The notes beneath the pieces were generated by a model, which saw nothing but the letters and a program-made list of their open reading frames with translations, was not told where the DNA came from and did not search any database. Shown piece after piece: positions 16,334-25,140 of a stretch of 64,000 nt of DNA. The translations under genes and the position numbers were made by a program. Source of the DNA: Nitrospirota bacterium (lineage in GTDB: Bacteria > Nitrospirota > Thermodesulfovibrionia > Thermodesulfovibrionales > Dissulfurispiraceae); NCBI GenBank assembly GCA_963790025.1, contig CAWBMP010000005.1, positions 320,001-384,000 on the forward strand, in the 5' to 3' direction. The stretch's first letter is position 1. Each line of letters begins with the position of its first letter.

Positions 16334-18658
16334 TTAATCGTAATCGTCTGCGGGGGCGGGCATTTTCTCCACTTTACCGGGAGTGGCGTATTCAGTCGGC
16401 TGCGTGCCCTCTTTAAAGAACTCATACACCTTAGGGGTCTCGGTGTGCTGGAGCAACCCGAGTATTGTCGTTGGCTCATCGTGCACCAGGAGTCCGGTGG
16501 CCGGGTCTATGGGCAATCTTACTATACCCTGAGGAACAGTAAACTCCTCGACAGGTTCGCCGGCAAGGGCATTCCTCATGAAGTTTGCCCATATTGGAGC
16601 TGCCGCTCTTCCTCCGACCTCGCCCCTGCCCAGGGACTTTCTCATATCGTCGAAACCGACCCACACACACGCCGCAAGTTGAGGCGTGTAGCCCACAAAC
16701 CAGGCATCCTTGTAATCATTGCTGGTACCGGTCTTGCCGGCGGCAGGCCGCCCGATATCCGCCCTCATTCCGGTGCCGTAGCGGATAACATCCTCCATCA
16801 TCGAGGTAATCAGGAACGCTGTTTGGGGGGAGATAGACTCAAGGCCTTCGGGTTCATTGCTCTCAAGCACGTTATCGTGAACATCAGAGACGTATTTAAT
16901 TGCAATGGGCGTCATTTTTACACCGCCGCTGGCAAACGTGGAGAATGTCAGTGCCAATTCCATAGGAGTGACGCTTATTGAGCCTAGCGCGATAGTAAGT
17001 TCTCTCGGCATGCTGGTATTTATACCAACGTCCCGGGCAAAGGCCATTACAGTATCAATACCCACAGCCTCCACAAGCTTCACGGTCACGATATTCCTGG
17101 AATAGGCCAGGGCTTCCCGCAGCCTGGTAGGCCCATGAAATTTATGGTCATAGTTCTCCGGCCGCCACTCGCCTGCCGGTCCTCCCGGATAAGACACGGG
17201 TGCGTCATTGATGACGCTTGCAGGTGTGAAATTATGCTCCAGTGCAGCAGCATATATTATCGGTTTAAAGGCAGAACCAGGTTGCCGCTGTGCATTCAGC
17301 GCCCTGTTGAACTCGCTCCTGGTAAAACTATAGCCTCCGACTATCGCCCTGATATACCCTGTTTCAGGCTCTATCGCTGCGAGTGCGCCCTCAACCTCCG
17401 GCTCCTGCTCAAGGCTGAAGGTGATATTTCTGCTCGCAATAGTTTTGAATTTGACCCAAATTATGTCGCCGTGCTGAAGGATGTCGGTTAATCTGAAATT
17501 ATTTGCAGGATCAGCCTTCCTGGTGTTTTTGACTATACTATGGCCGGCCCAGAGTGCGTCTTTCAAAAGCAATTTGCCTGTGAGCCCCCGTGCCTTGACA
17601 ACCGCTTCCTTTGGACCGACCGAAAGCACGATTCCCGTAGATATATCTCCTGCCGCTGCTGTAAATGAGACCCTGTGCCCCGATGTATCTTCTTTTATCA
17701 AATCTTTATGACCGATCGGTCCGCGCCACCCCTGCCGCTTGTCAACTTCACGCAAACCTTCCTGCAGAGCCCGCTGGGCACGCATCTGCGAACTTTTGCT
17801 TAGAGTGGTATAAACCTTCATGCCGCCCTTGTAAACCGATTCAACGCCGTATTTCTGTTCCATTTGCTGCCTGATATATTCAAGAAAATAATTGTAAGTA
17901 TCCGTATCGGACTTCAAGGACGTCAGGGCGGGTATTACAGCTTTTGCCAGAGCCCTTTGAGAGGATGTTATATATCCGGCATCCTCCATTCTCGCCAGAA
18001 CGACTTCCTGCCGTTCCTTGGCTTTCACAAGGTCATTGTAAGGAGAATAGGTGGAGGGCGCCTTGATGAGACCTGCCAGCATGGCTGCCTCCGGAAGAGA
18101 CAGCTGGCCCACTGATTTGCCGAAGTAGGTCCGCGCTGCCATCTCGACACCATAGGCACCGTGCCCGAAATATACCTTGTTCAGATATAACTCCAGTATC
18201 TCTTTTTTTGAAAGCTCATGTTCGAGTTTCATGGCAAGTTTGGCCTCCCGGAGTTTTCTTGAGATGGTTTTCTCGGGAGAGAGGAACACTATTTTGGCCA
18301 GCTGCTGGGTGATAGTGCTGCCGCCTTCTTTCAGGCTGCCATGAATAAGGTCTTGAAAGAGCGCACGGGCTATACCTATGTAATCTATGCCTTTGTGGCG
18401 CCAGAAGCGGGCATCCTCTACGGCGATTACCGCGTTTTTGAGGTTATTCGGGATTTTTTCGATGGGGACAAAGATCCCCTTTTCGACTTTGAACTCGCCT
18501 ATCAGGGAGTCGTCATCGGCATATACTTTTGTCCCGTTGGTAGCATGGTAATTTTTGAGTTCAGCTATCGAGGGAACTCCCTGTGCAATGGCGAGATAGC
18601 CGCCGGTCGCCGAACCGATGACGACAATCAAAAGAAGCAAGAGCAACTTAAAGCGCAT
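16334..18658 (-). CDS. mrcA: class A penicillin-binding protein (PBP1A family)
   Basis: EDARF, GGSTITQQLAK (transglycosylase); QPGSAFK, SRN, GKTGT (transpeptidase). Confidence 0.93.
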   Translation of the reverse strand: MRFKLLLLLLIVVIGSATGGYLAIAQGVPSIAELKNYHATNGTKVYADDDSLIGEFKVEKGIFVPIEKIPNNLKNAVIAVEDARFWRHKGIDYIGIARALFQDLIHGSLKEGGSTITQQLAKIVFLSPEKTISRKLREAKLAMKLEHELSKKEILELYLNKVYFGHGAYGVEMAARTYFGKSVGQLSLPEAAMLAGLIKAPSTYSPYNDLVKAKERQEVVLARMEDAGYITSSQRALAKAVIPALTSLKSDTDTYNYFLEYIRQQMEQKYGVESVYKGGMKVYTTLSKSSQMRAQRALQEGLREVDKRQGWRGPIGHKDLIKEDTSGHRVSFTAAAGDISTGIVLSVGPKEAVVKARGLTGKLLLKDALWAGHSIVKNTRKADPANNFRLTDILQHGDIIWVKFKTIASRNITFSLEQEPEVEGALAAIEPETGYIRAIVGGYSFTRSEFNRALNAQRQPGSAFKPIIYAAALEHNFTPASVINDAPVSYPGGPAGEWRPENYDHKFHGPTRLREALAYSRNIVTVKLVEAVGIDTVMAFARDVGINTSMPRELTIALGSISVTPMELALTFSTFASGGVKMTPIAIKYVSDVHDNVLESNEPEGLESISPQTAFLITSMMEDVIRYGTGMRADIGRPAAGKTGTSNDYKDAWFVGYTPQLAACVWVGFDDMRKSLGRGEVGGRAAAPIWANFMRNALAGEPVEEFTVPQGIVRLPIDPATGLLVHDEPTTILGLLQHTETPKVYEFFKEGTQPTEYATPGKVEKMPAPADDYD

Positions 18659-18688
18659 CTGTTCATTATAAAAGGACGCTACAAACTT

Positions 18689-19063
18689 TTACAACTTGTC
18701 ACTTCTTTTCTTACTCTCGCTCCACGCGAGTATGAAGACACCTGCGGAGATGAAGAGAGTGCCGATCGCAATATTGGCTGTCAGCGGCTCTCCAAGAAAG
18801 ACATAGGAACCGATCGCTACTGTAATATAGAGTATCGATGCCGCTGAAAGCGCTATGGACAAACGGGTATGCTTGAGTATCTGCATCCAGGCAATAAAGG
18901 ATAGTATATAGAAGCTGTACCCTACCGGGATAAGGTAGTTGGGCATCCATCCCGACCAGGAAGACTTGACAGCTCCGGCCTTGACGAGCAGTTGGGCAGT
19001 TGTATCTGAAGACACGAGCAGCAGCCAGAAAAAAATTGTTTTTAATAGGTTGCCTTTTGCCAT
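18689..19063 (-). CDS. SMR/EamA-type small 4-TM protein (ArnE/ArnF-like)
   Basis: 124 aa hydrophobic; AQLLVKAG, WMQIL..TRLSIA, FLGEPLT. Confidence 0.78.
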   Translation of the reverse strand: MAKGNLLKTIFFWLLLVSSDTTAQLLVKAGAVKSSWSGWMPNYLIPVGYSFYILSFIAWMQILKHTRLSIALSAASILYITVAIGSYVFLGEPLTANIAIGTLFISAGVFILAWSESKKRSDKL

Positions 19064-20283
19064 CAGCCTTCAGCCTTTTTTAGCGTCTTTTCCAGCGTCT
19101 TGAGATCATCGTCCAGGGTCGACCATGAGATGTTACGGGCGATTGTTTTAAAAATAAGGTGAACAACAGGATTTCGGTGTTTGCAATAATTGGTAAGTGG
19201 AATTAATTTATGTCCCACATCATATTTCGCCCGATACCCCGTCTGCCCGCTTTGCAGTTCCTCTGCCCCTGCGAAGAGCGCCCACTTTACCGCCGCTTCC
19301 CAAAGCCGGAAATAGAGGAACCAGTCACCTCTATATGAATAGTCAATGCCGATGAACTTATTTATGACCCTTTTCCCCACTAGAAAGCAGAGCATGAATG
19401 CGACCAGTTTGCCGTTCGAAGCATCGCGGAGCAGAACAAAATGGGACACCGGGCACGCGGAAATCAGCTTGAAGAATCCAGAAGTCAGGCGTTCAAACTT
19501 TGTCTTGCCGCGCTCATAAGTCTGAAGAAAGAGGGGAAATATTTCCCCAAGCAGCGCATCATCCGGCGACCGGACAAAGGATTCTTCAAGGTTCCCCATC
19601 CGACGACTCCGTCTCAGTTTCTTGCGCAGCTGGTATCTCTGGTTTGACCTGAGGTCCCCCAGATAATCATCAAATGCTTTTCCCCGAAATTCCAGCCTGG
19701 TTCCCGGATAGCTGACCAAACTGAATAGTCCGTACTTGTTCAAAGATGGGCTGATCTCTCTCACTGTCTCGTCAGGCAAGTCTTTCCAGATTATCATTGA
19801 TGCCTTGAACCGTCGCGCGCCGGCATCGAGCTCGCGCTGCATTACAGGTATAACGTCACGCAGTTCCCCGCCATATATCAGACCGACTGTGCCTTCGTCG
19901 GCGCATGGAGACCCTACAAAAAGGGTGCGCTGATATTTGAGACCGGGAAAGAATTTTGCCGGTATGTTGAGCATCCGGGTGATTAACTGAGGCGCGACAA
20001 TGTCTATAGGCACATCCATGATAAAAGTGGGGGCAATACCTATCCTGATGCCTGCACGCATTATTACTGCATAGGCGAATGTGAACTGGTCCTCAATGCC
20101 GCACTGCTCAAGGGTGTTGTACCACCAGAAACCCTCAAGAGGCGGAGGGAAGCACCGCTCCCACAGGTCTTGCGGGATTTCGTCTGCCCTGCTTACCCAT
20201 TGAATTTCTATATCCGGGGAATTAGACAGAGGATACCGGCTGTATGGCCGTCTTGAAAAACGCAATGGACTCTTCAGCCACAC
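19063..20283 (-). CDS. GNAT/FemAB-like acyltransferase
   Basis: FDDYL..L....RYQLRKK, FIGIDY, LYFRL, SGQTGYRAK pattern of Fem-like GNATs. Start uncertain; it overlaps the upstream gene by 62 nt. Confidence 0.72.
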   Translation of the reverse strand: MWLKSPLRFSRRPYSRYPLSNSPDIEIQWVSRADEIPQDLWERCFPPPLEGFWWYNTLEQCGIEDQFTFAYAVIMRAGIRIGIAPTFIMDVPIDIVAPQLITRMLNIPAKFFPGLKYQRTLFVGSPCADEGTVGLIYGGELRDVIPVMQRELDAGARRFKASMIIWKDLPDETVREISPSLNKYGLFSLVSYPGTRLEFRGKAFDDYLGDLRSNQRYQLRKKLRRSRRMGNLEESFVRSPDDALLGEIFPLFLQTYERGKTKFERLTSGFFKLISACPVSHFVLLRDASNGKLVAFMLCFLVGKRVINKFIGIDYSYRGDWFLYFRLWEAAVKWALFAGAEELQSGQTGYRAKYDVGHKLIPLTNYCKHRNPVVHLIFKTIARNISWSTLDDDLKTLEKTLKKAEG

Positions 20284-21055
20284 GATCTTTCTGGTTGTCG
20301 AGCGTCAGCATATGATAGGTATCTTTCAGAAGGACCTTGCGCACAGTAGCAGAACCGATATGGCGCTCCACATAATCCGCGTTCCTGATGCTGGCCATGT
20401 CGTCCTCCAATGCATGCAGTATGAGCGTCGGGGCCTTTACCCTGTGTATGGTTTTTTTGACCGTCTTTATTAATTTGAACAGTTCGTGCATGCTTTGCGC
20501 GGGGAAATTGGAATAGGCCACAGTATTTTCCCTGAGTGCCTTCTTGATTTGTTCTCTCATGCGCTCATTTTTCACCCCGTAGGGTTCCCGCTCGCCGTAA
20601 GAGTAAAAATACCTGAAAGGAGGATAGTAGGATATGGGGAGCAGAAAGCGGTACCAGGGCAGACTCCAGCCGTCATAGAAAAGTGTCGTTGAAAGCGCAG
20701 CGACAGACGAAACCCTATCCTGTTCTCTGTACGCCAGATATAGGGCCAGCAATGCGCCCATGCACAGTCCTCCAACGGAAACAGTTTCGTGCTCTCTTTT
20801 CAGTTCTTCAAATGTTCCATGCACGGTTTCATACCAGTCATTCCAAGTTGTATTTTTAAGGTTGCTGACCGTACTGCCGTGTCCGGCAAGACAGGGGGCT
20901 TTGACCGTAAACCCGTTTTTGTGCAATTTTCTGGCAAGGGGTTTCAACTCAAAGGGACTTCCGGTCAGCCCGTGAATCAAAAGGATCGCATCATCGCCTC
21001 CCGCCAGATCGATACCGTCTATATTAACTTTAGGGGCTATACCGGGGCTGCTCAT
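20222..21055 (-). CDS. alpha/beta hydrolase-fold protein with Cys at the nucleophile elbow
   Basis: LIHGLTGSP, GHG, GGLCMG (GxCxG), EDDMAS (Asp), YHML (His). Confidence 0.85.
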   Translation of the reverse strand: MSSPGIAPKVNIDGIDLAGGDDAILLIHGLTGSPFELKPLARKLHKNGFTVKAPCLAGHGSTVSNLKNTTWNDWYETVHGTFEELKREHETVSVGGLCMGALLALYLAYREQDRVSSVAALSTTLFYDGWSLPWYRFLLPISYYPPFRYFYSYGEREPYGVKNERMREQIKKALRENTVAYSNFPAQSMHELFKLIKTVKKTIHRVKAPTLILHALEDDMASIRNADYVERHIGSATVRKVLLKDTYHMLTLDNQKDRVAEESIAFFKTAIQPVSSV

Positions 21056-22281
21056 ACTGCCCTCACTATAAGCACTGCATTGGTACCGCCGAAAGCAAAG
21101 GAGTTAGTCATGGCAGTACGCACATTCAGTCCGGTCCTGCCGGTATTTGGAACATAATCCAGATCGCATTCGGGATCAGGTGTCTTAAGATGTGCAGTAG
21201 GGGGGACCGCCTTATTTTTTATCGCTAGCAGAGTGATTACAAATTCAACTGCTCCCGCAGCTCCCATCAGGTGTCCGTGCATGGATTTTGTCGAGCTGAC
21301 GGGAACAGAGTATGTCCGTTCGCCGAAGGCCTTTTTCAGTGCCTGTGTTTCAATAATGTCGTTGGCGCCTGTCGCTGTTCCGTGGGCGTTAATATAGTCT
21401 ATTGCATCGGTCTGCAGTGAGGCCTCGTCAAGCGCCTGCCGTATAGCACGCACTTGCCCGTCGATGGAAGGTCCCGTGATATGAGATGCATCTGCCGTTG
21501 AACCGTAACCGGCTATCTCGCCATAAATGGTTGCGCCCCTTTTTTTAGCCTTTTCCATCTCCTCAAGAACTACCACCGCAGATCCCTCACCCAGGACAAA
21601 ACCAGTCCTGTCTTTCGAGAAGGGTTTGCACGATGCCCCAGGATCGTCCTGGTCTTCCAGTGCCAGCACGCCCAGTGATTCCCAGGCTTTAATGGAGCCA
21701 TAGGTGAAGAGGCTTTCGGTTCCTCCAGCCATAATGACATCCGTAAGCCCTGTCTTGATCCGGCGGTATGCTTCTCCGATTGCAATCGCGGATGATGAAC
21801 AGGCTGTAGAAAAAGTAAGGCAGGGGCCCCGCAGTCCGTACTGTATAGACATATGCGATGCAGAAGCATTGCACATTATTTTTGGCACAGAGAGAGGACT
21901 GACCCTTGATGCATTTTTTTTGTACAGCTGGTAGTTGACCTCATCAATTGTGATGGCCCCGCCCAGTCCTGTTCCCATATATACGCCTGTGCGTTCCCTC
22001 TCTTCATCGTCGAGCGTGATGCCGGAATCGCCCCATGCCTGCTCTGATGCCATGAGCGCGAGTTGTGTGACCCGGTCGAAATTTCTGACCTGCTTTACCG
22101 AGAAATGCTCTGATGGATTGAAGGAAACTTCCGCTGCAATAGTGGTAGATAAGTGCTCAGCAAAATCGGCGGTTATCCTCCTGACCCCTGACTTTCCAGC
22201 CATCAGATTGTCGAAAACTTCATGAGCGGTATTGCCTACAGGAGAAATAATGCCCATTCCTGTGACCACAACCTTTCTCAA
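21052..22281 (-). CDS. fabF: beta-ketoacyl-ACP synthase II-like (FabF paralog)
   Basis: VVVTGMG, TACSSS, NAHGT, GHLMGAAG, NSFAFGG; TTG start. Confidence 0.9.
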   Translation of the reverse strand: MRKVVVTGMGIISPVGNTAHEVFDNLMAGKSGVRRITADFAEHLSTTIAAEVSFNPSEHFSVKQVRNFDRVTQLALMASEQAWGDSGITLDDEERERTGVYMGTGLGGAITIDEVNYQLYKKNASRVSPLSVPKIMCNASASHMSIQYGLRGPCLTFSTACSSSAIAIGEAYRRIKTGLTDVIMAGGTESLFTYGSIKAWESLGVLALEDQDDPGASCKPFSKDRTGFVLGEGSAVVVLEEMEKAKKRGATIYGEIAGYGSTADASHITGPSIDGQVRAIRQALDEASLQTDAIDYINAHGTATGANDIIETQALKKAFGERTYSVPVSSTKSMHGHLMGAAGAVEFVITLLAIKNKAVPPTAHLKTPDPECDLDYVPNTGRTGLNVRTAMTNSFAFGGTNAVLIVRAV

Positions 22282-22551
22282 TTATTCACCCCGGGCGGCG
22301 ACATCGCCTGGGCCTGAGTGCTGTTCGCGTACAAGCCTGTCGATAATATCGATCACGTCCTGTACCGTTGTGATTTTGACTTCTCTGTCGGGAATTTTTA
22401 TTTTGAATTCATCCTCAAGAGTAAACATGAATTCGATCTTGTCGAGGGAGTCAAGGCCGAGACTGTCTAGCGTCGCCCCGGGCACAAGCATGTCCTCATT
22501 AAGTTCCAGGCTATCGATGAAAAGTTTTTTGATTCTCTCAAAAGTACTCAT
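22282..22551 (-). CDS. acyl carrier protein
   Basis: LGLDSLD phosphopantetheine motif; ATG 22551 overlaps the upstream stop (ATGA). Confidence 0.9.
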   Translation of the reverse strand: MSTFERIKKLFIDSLELNEDMLVPGATLDSLGLDSLDKIEFMFTLEDEFKIKIPDREVKITTVQDVIDIIDRLVREQHSGPGDVAARGE

Positions 22552-22907
22552 GCAGCATGTCCTATTATCGCAATGCCTATGGCCGTGATCGCGACTCCGA
22601 GCCATTCGGTCCTGCCCACGTGCTCCTTAAGTACAAAGACGGAGAAAAGTATGATAATAATCTTTTGAAGACCGGTGAGAGGAAAAGCAACCGACAGTGG
22701 AATGAAAGAAACCAGTATTATCCAGTTAGTCATCTCAACCAGGTATGCCAGGATGCCCGTAAGTACCCATTTGTTTCTTATTAGTTTAAGATAATAGGCG
22801 AAGCCGCAGGTGTCGCAATGAGTCAACGCCCCTTTTTTCAGGCATATTTGCGTGACGCTCTCCATTGTGGCCCCCAATATGAACAGCGGCGCCCATTTTA
22901 GCAGCAT
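22548..22907 (-). CDS. SMR/EamA-type small 4-TM protein (ArnE/ArnF-like)
   Basis: 119 aa hydrophobic; QICLKKG, PLSVAFPL, LKEHV...W.G...I..G. Confidence 0.8.
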   Translation of the reverse strand: MLLKWAPLFILGATMESVTQICLKKGALTHCDTCGFAYYLKLIRNKWVLTGILAYLVEMTNWIILVSFIPLSVAFPLTGLQKIIIILFSVFVLKEHVGRTEWLGVAITAIGIAIIGHAA

Positions 22908-22917
22908 TCTGTCACCT

Positions 22918-24312
22918 TTATACCCGGCACCTTTTCAGCAGCGATTCAAAAAGACTTATGAAGAGGTCTATTTCCTCGTAGCTTATTGTCAATGCCGGAG
23001 CGAGTGTGAATACATTTTTATAATAACCGCCAACATCCAGCACCAATCCGTATTTCGTGCCGTTTTTCACGCCGTTACCCCTGATATTTCCCTTCATGCC
23101 TTCCTGGAATATTTTATCGGCAAGCTCCCTGTCAGGGGTGAAGCCGTCCTTTTTGGTCATCTCTATTCTCAGGGCCAGCCCGAGCCCGTCAACATCTCCC
23201 ATCACCCTGTGCTTTTTCTGCAGTCCCTTGAGGCGGGATATGAAATACTCTCCCTTTTCTGCAACGATCTTGCCGAAATTGTTTTTTTCCAGATATTCCA
23301 TAACGGCGAGGCCCGCGGCAGTACCGAGAGGATTGCTCGAAAATGTAGAATGTGTGGAGCCGGGCGGAAACAATTGCGGGTTGATCAGTTCCTCCCGCGC
23401 CCAGAGCCCGGAGAGCGGATTCAACCCGTTGGTAAGCGACTTGGCAAAGGTGACTATATCGGGCGTTGCCCCGAAGTGCTCAATCGCCCACAGCCTTCCA
23501 GTCCGGTAGAAGCCCATCTGTATTTCATCATCTACAAGCAGTATGTCATATTTTTTAAGTATGGCAGCGAGTTGCACGAAATAGTCCTGAGGCGGGATGA
23601 CGTATCCTCCTGTCGCCTGCACAGGCTCTATAAAAAAGGCGGCGTATTCTGCAACATTATTTTTTTTATCCATAATTCCGTAATATTCGGTCTCAAAGAG
23701 TTTCTCGAATTGGTGTATGCATTCGTAGCCGCATGCGGGGCGCTTCTTGCCGTAAAAGCATCTGAAACAATAAGGAAAGGGAATGAACAAGGCCCTGTTG
23801 CCAAAATGACCGTACTGCTTACGGTACCTGAAACTGCTTGTAAGCTCTGTTGCTGCCAGCGTCCTTCCGTGATAACCACCCATAAAGGCCAGCATAAGGG
23901 ATTTGCCCTGTTTGTTGGTTCGGACAAGCTTGATGCTGTCCTCTATTGCCTGTGACCCGCCGACATTGAAGTGGACTCTTCCCTTGACGCCAAACCGTTT
24001 CTCCGACTCCCTGGAGATAGCTGACGCAAGGAGGATCTTTTCCTTGTGAAGATACTGCGAGGCAACCTGGGGGAGAGCGGTCATCTGGCGGGTATGCGCT
24101 TCTTCGATCTCTTTATTCCTGTACCCGAAATTGACTGCTGAGTACCACATCTGAAGGTCTAGATAGGGGGTGCCTTTCATATCGAAGAGCCATGAGCCCT
24201 CACATCTCGAAAAAATTACGGGATTCTTCAGATAGTGGACCGTATCGCCGTAGGAGCAATACCTTGATTCTAATGCCAGGAGTTCTTTTTCACTTATCTG
24301 GCGGGGTTCCAT
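22918..24312 (-). CDS. class III PLP-dependent aminotransferase
   Basis: GGYHGRT, IEPVQATGG, DDEIQMGFYRTG, FAKSLTNG (PLP Lys), HSTF. Confidence 0.92.
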   Translation of the reverse strand: MEPRQISEKELLALESRYCSYGDTVHYLKNPVIFSRCEGSWLFDMKGTPYLDLQMWYSAVNFGYRNKEIEEAHTRQMTALPQVASQYLHKEKILLASAISRESEKRFGVKGRVHFNVGGSQAIEDSIKLVRTNKQGKSLMLAFMGGYHGRTLAATELTSSFRYRKQYGHFGNRALFIPFPYCFRCFYGKKRPACGYECIHQFEKLFETEYYGIMDKKNNVAEYAAFFIEPVQATGGYVIPPQDYFVQLAAILKKYDILLVDDEIQMGFYRTGRLWAIEHFGATPDIVTFAKSLTNGLNPLSGLWAREELINPQLFPPGSTHSTFSSNPLGTAAGLAVMEYLEKNNFGKIVAEKGEYFISRLKGLQKKHRVMGDVDGLGLALRIEMTKKDGFTPDRELADKIFQEGMKGNIRGNGVKNGTKYGLVLDVGGYYKNVFTLAPALTISYEEIDLFISLFESLLKRCRV

Positions 24313-25013
24313 AATAACTGCTCCGATCTATCCTGTCGGCAAGAGGAACAGGACCGCGAGAAAAGCTCCGGTTGACCGATGAGGAACCCGAGATTTTTTT
24401 CTATATAAGTGAAATTATCGAATGACGAGTATGAAAGTGTATTTTCCCTGCAATGATCGGTCAGCTTTCCTTTCGAGAAGACATAGGACGCTTTTTCAGC
24501 AACACAGAAATCGCTTTTGCCATCGCCCACATGAATAACCGGAAGTTTGCCGGCCGCTCTTTCAGAAGTTTTGCACTTGCAAGTACCGGAAGAGCATTTA
24601 GTGTTGGTGTAAGGGAAAAGGGCCTTTAGCGAGCCTTTTTCACAGGCCAGCCTGTTGGCATAAACAGGGACGCCCTCTATGCCCGCATCAGCAAGAAGCT
24701 GATCTATGAAAACCTTGAACCCGTCGCTTATAATGGCGTGTGGAATTCCGGATTTCCTGAGAAACCTGATAAATGGAACAAAACTGTCATGGACGGCAAA
24801 GTTTCCTGTATAAGACAGCAGGTCTTCAAGTGGAGCCTCTATTAGTGACATCTGGGCTGTAAGGCAATCTCTTGATCCGATTGTCCCCTCTTCCCATAAT
24901 CTTTCTGCATGCACCCATTCAGGTTTGGCAAATTGTTTAATCAACGCATCGGTGATATCGGTATCCGTTATGGTGCCGTCAAAGTCGATCGATACAAAGA
25001 ATTTATTGTCCAT
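24294..25013 (-). CDS. HAD-IB phosphatase (MtnX-like)
   Basis: DFDGTIT, ISDG, CK, GDGKSD; start ATG 25013. Confidence 0.9.
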   Translation of the reverse strand: MDNKFFVSIDFDGTITDTDITDALIKQFAKPEWVHAERLWEEGTIGSRDCLTAQMSLIEAPLEDLLSYTGNFAVHDSFVPFIRFLRKSGIPHAIISDGFKVFIDQLLADAGIEGVPVYANRLACEKGSLKALFPYTNTKCSSGTCKCKTSERAAGKLPVIHVGDGKSDFCVAEKASYVFSKGKLTDHCRENTLSYSSFDNFTYIEKNLGFLIGQPELFSRSCSSCRQDRSEQLLWNPAR

Positions 25014-25032
25014 AATTTCCCTTTGTCGTGAA

Positions 25033-25048
25033 TGCATATGGCATGCCA
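25033..25048 (-). promoter_or_regulatory. putative sigma54 (-24/-12) promoter
   Basis: TGGCATGCCATATGCA = GG-N10-GC, about 20 nt upstream of the HAD ATG and directly downstream of a sigma54 activator gene. Confidence 0.6.
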
Positions 25049-25140
25049 AAGAAAAAAGCCTTATTTATCAAATGCACTTATTAACTGGAATGATAAAGCA
25101 CGAAGAAAATGTATACGAAAAAAGTCAGAGGTTAGGCCCT

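Noticed and set aside
22852..23955. 367-aa plus-strand ORF
   Set aside because: Antisense to the aminotransferase; no recognisable motifs.
24294..25013. Methionine salvage role (mtnX) for the HAD phosphatase
   Set aside because: No other mtn genes nearby; the context points to the lipid-type cluster.
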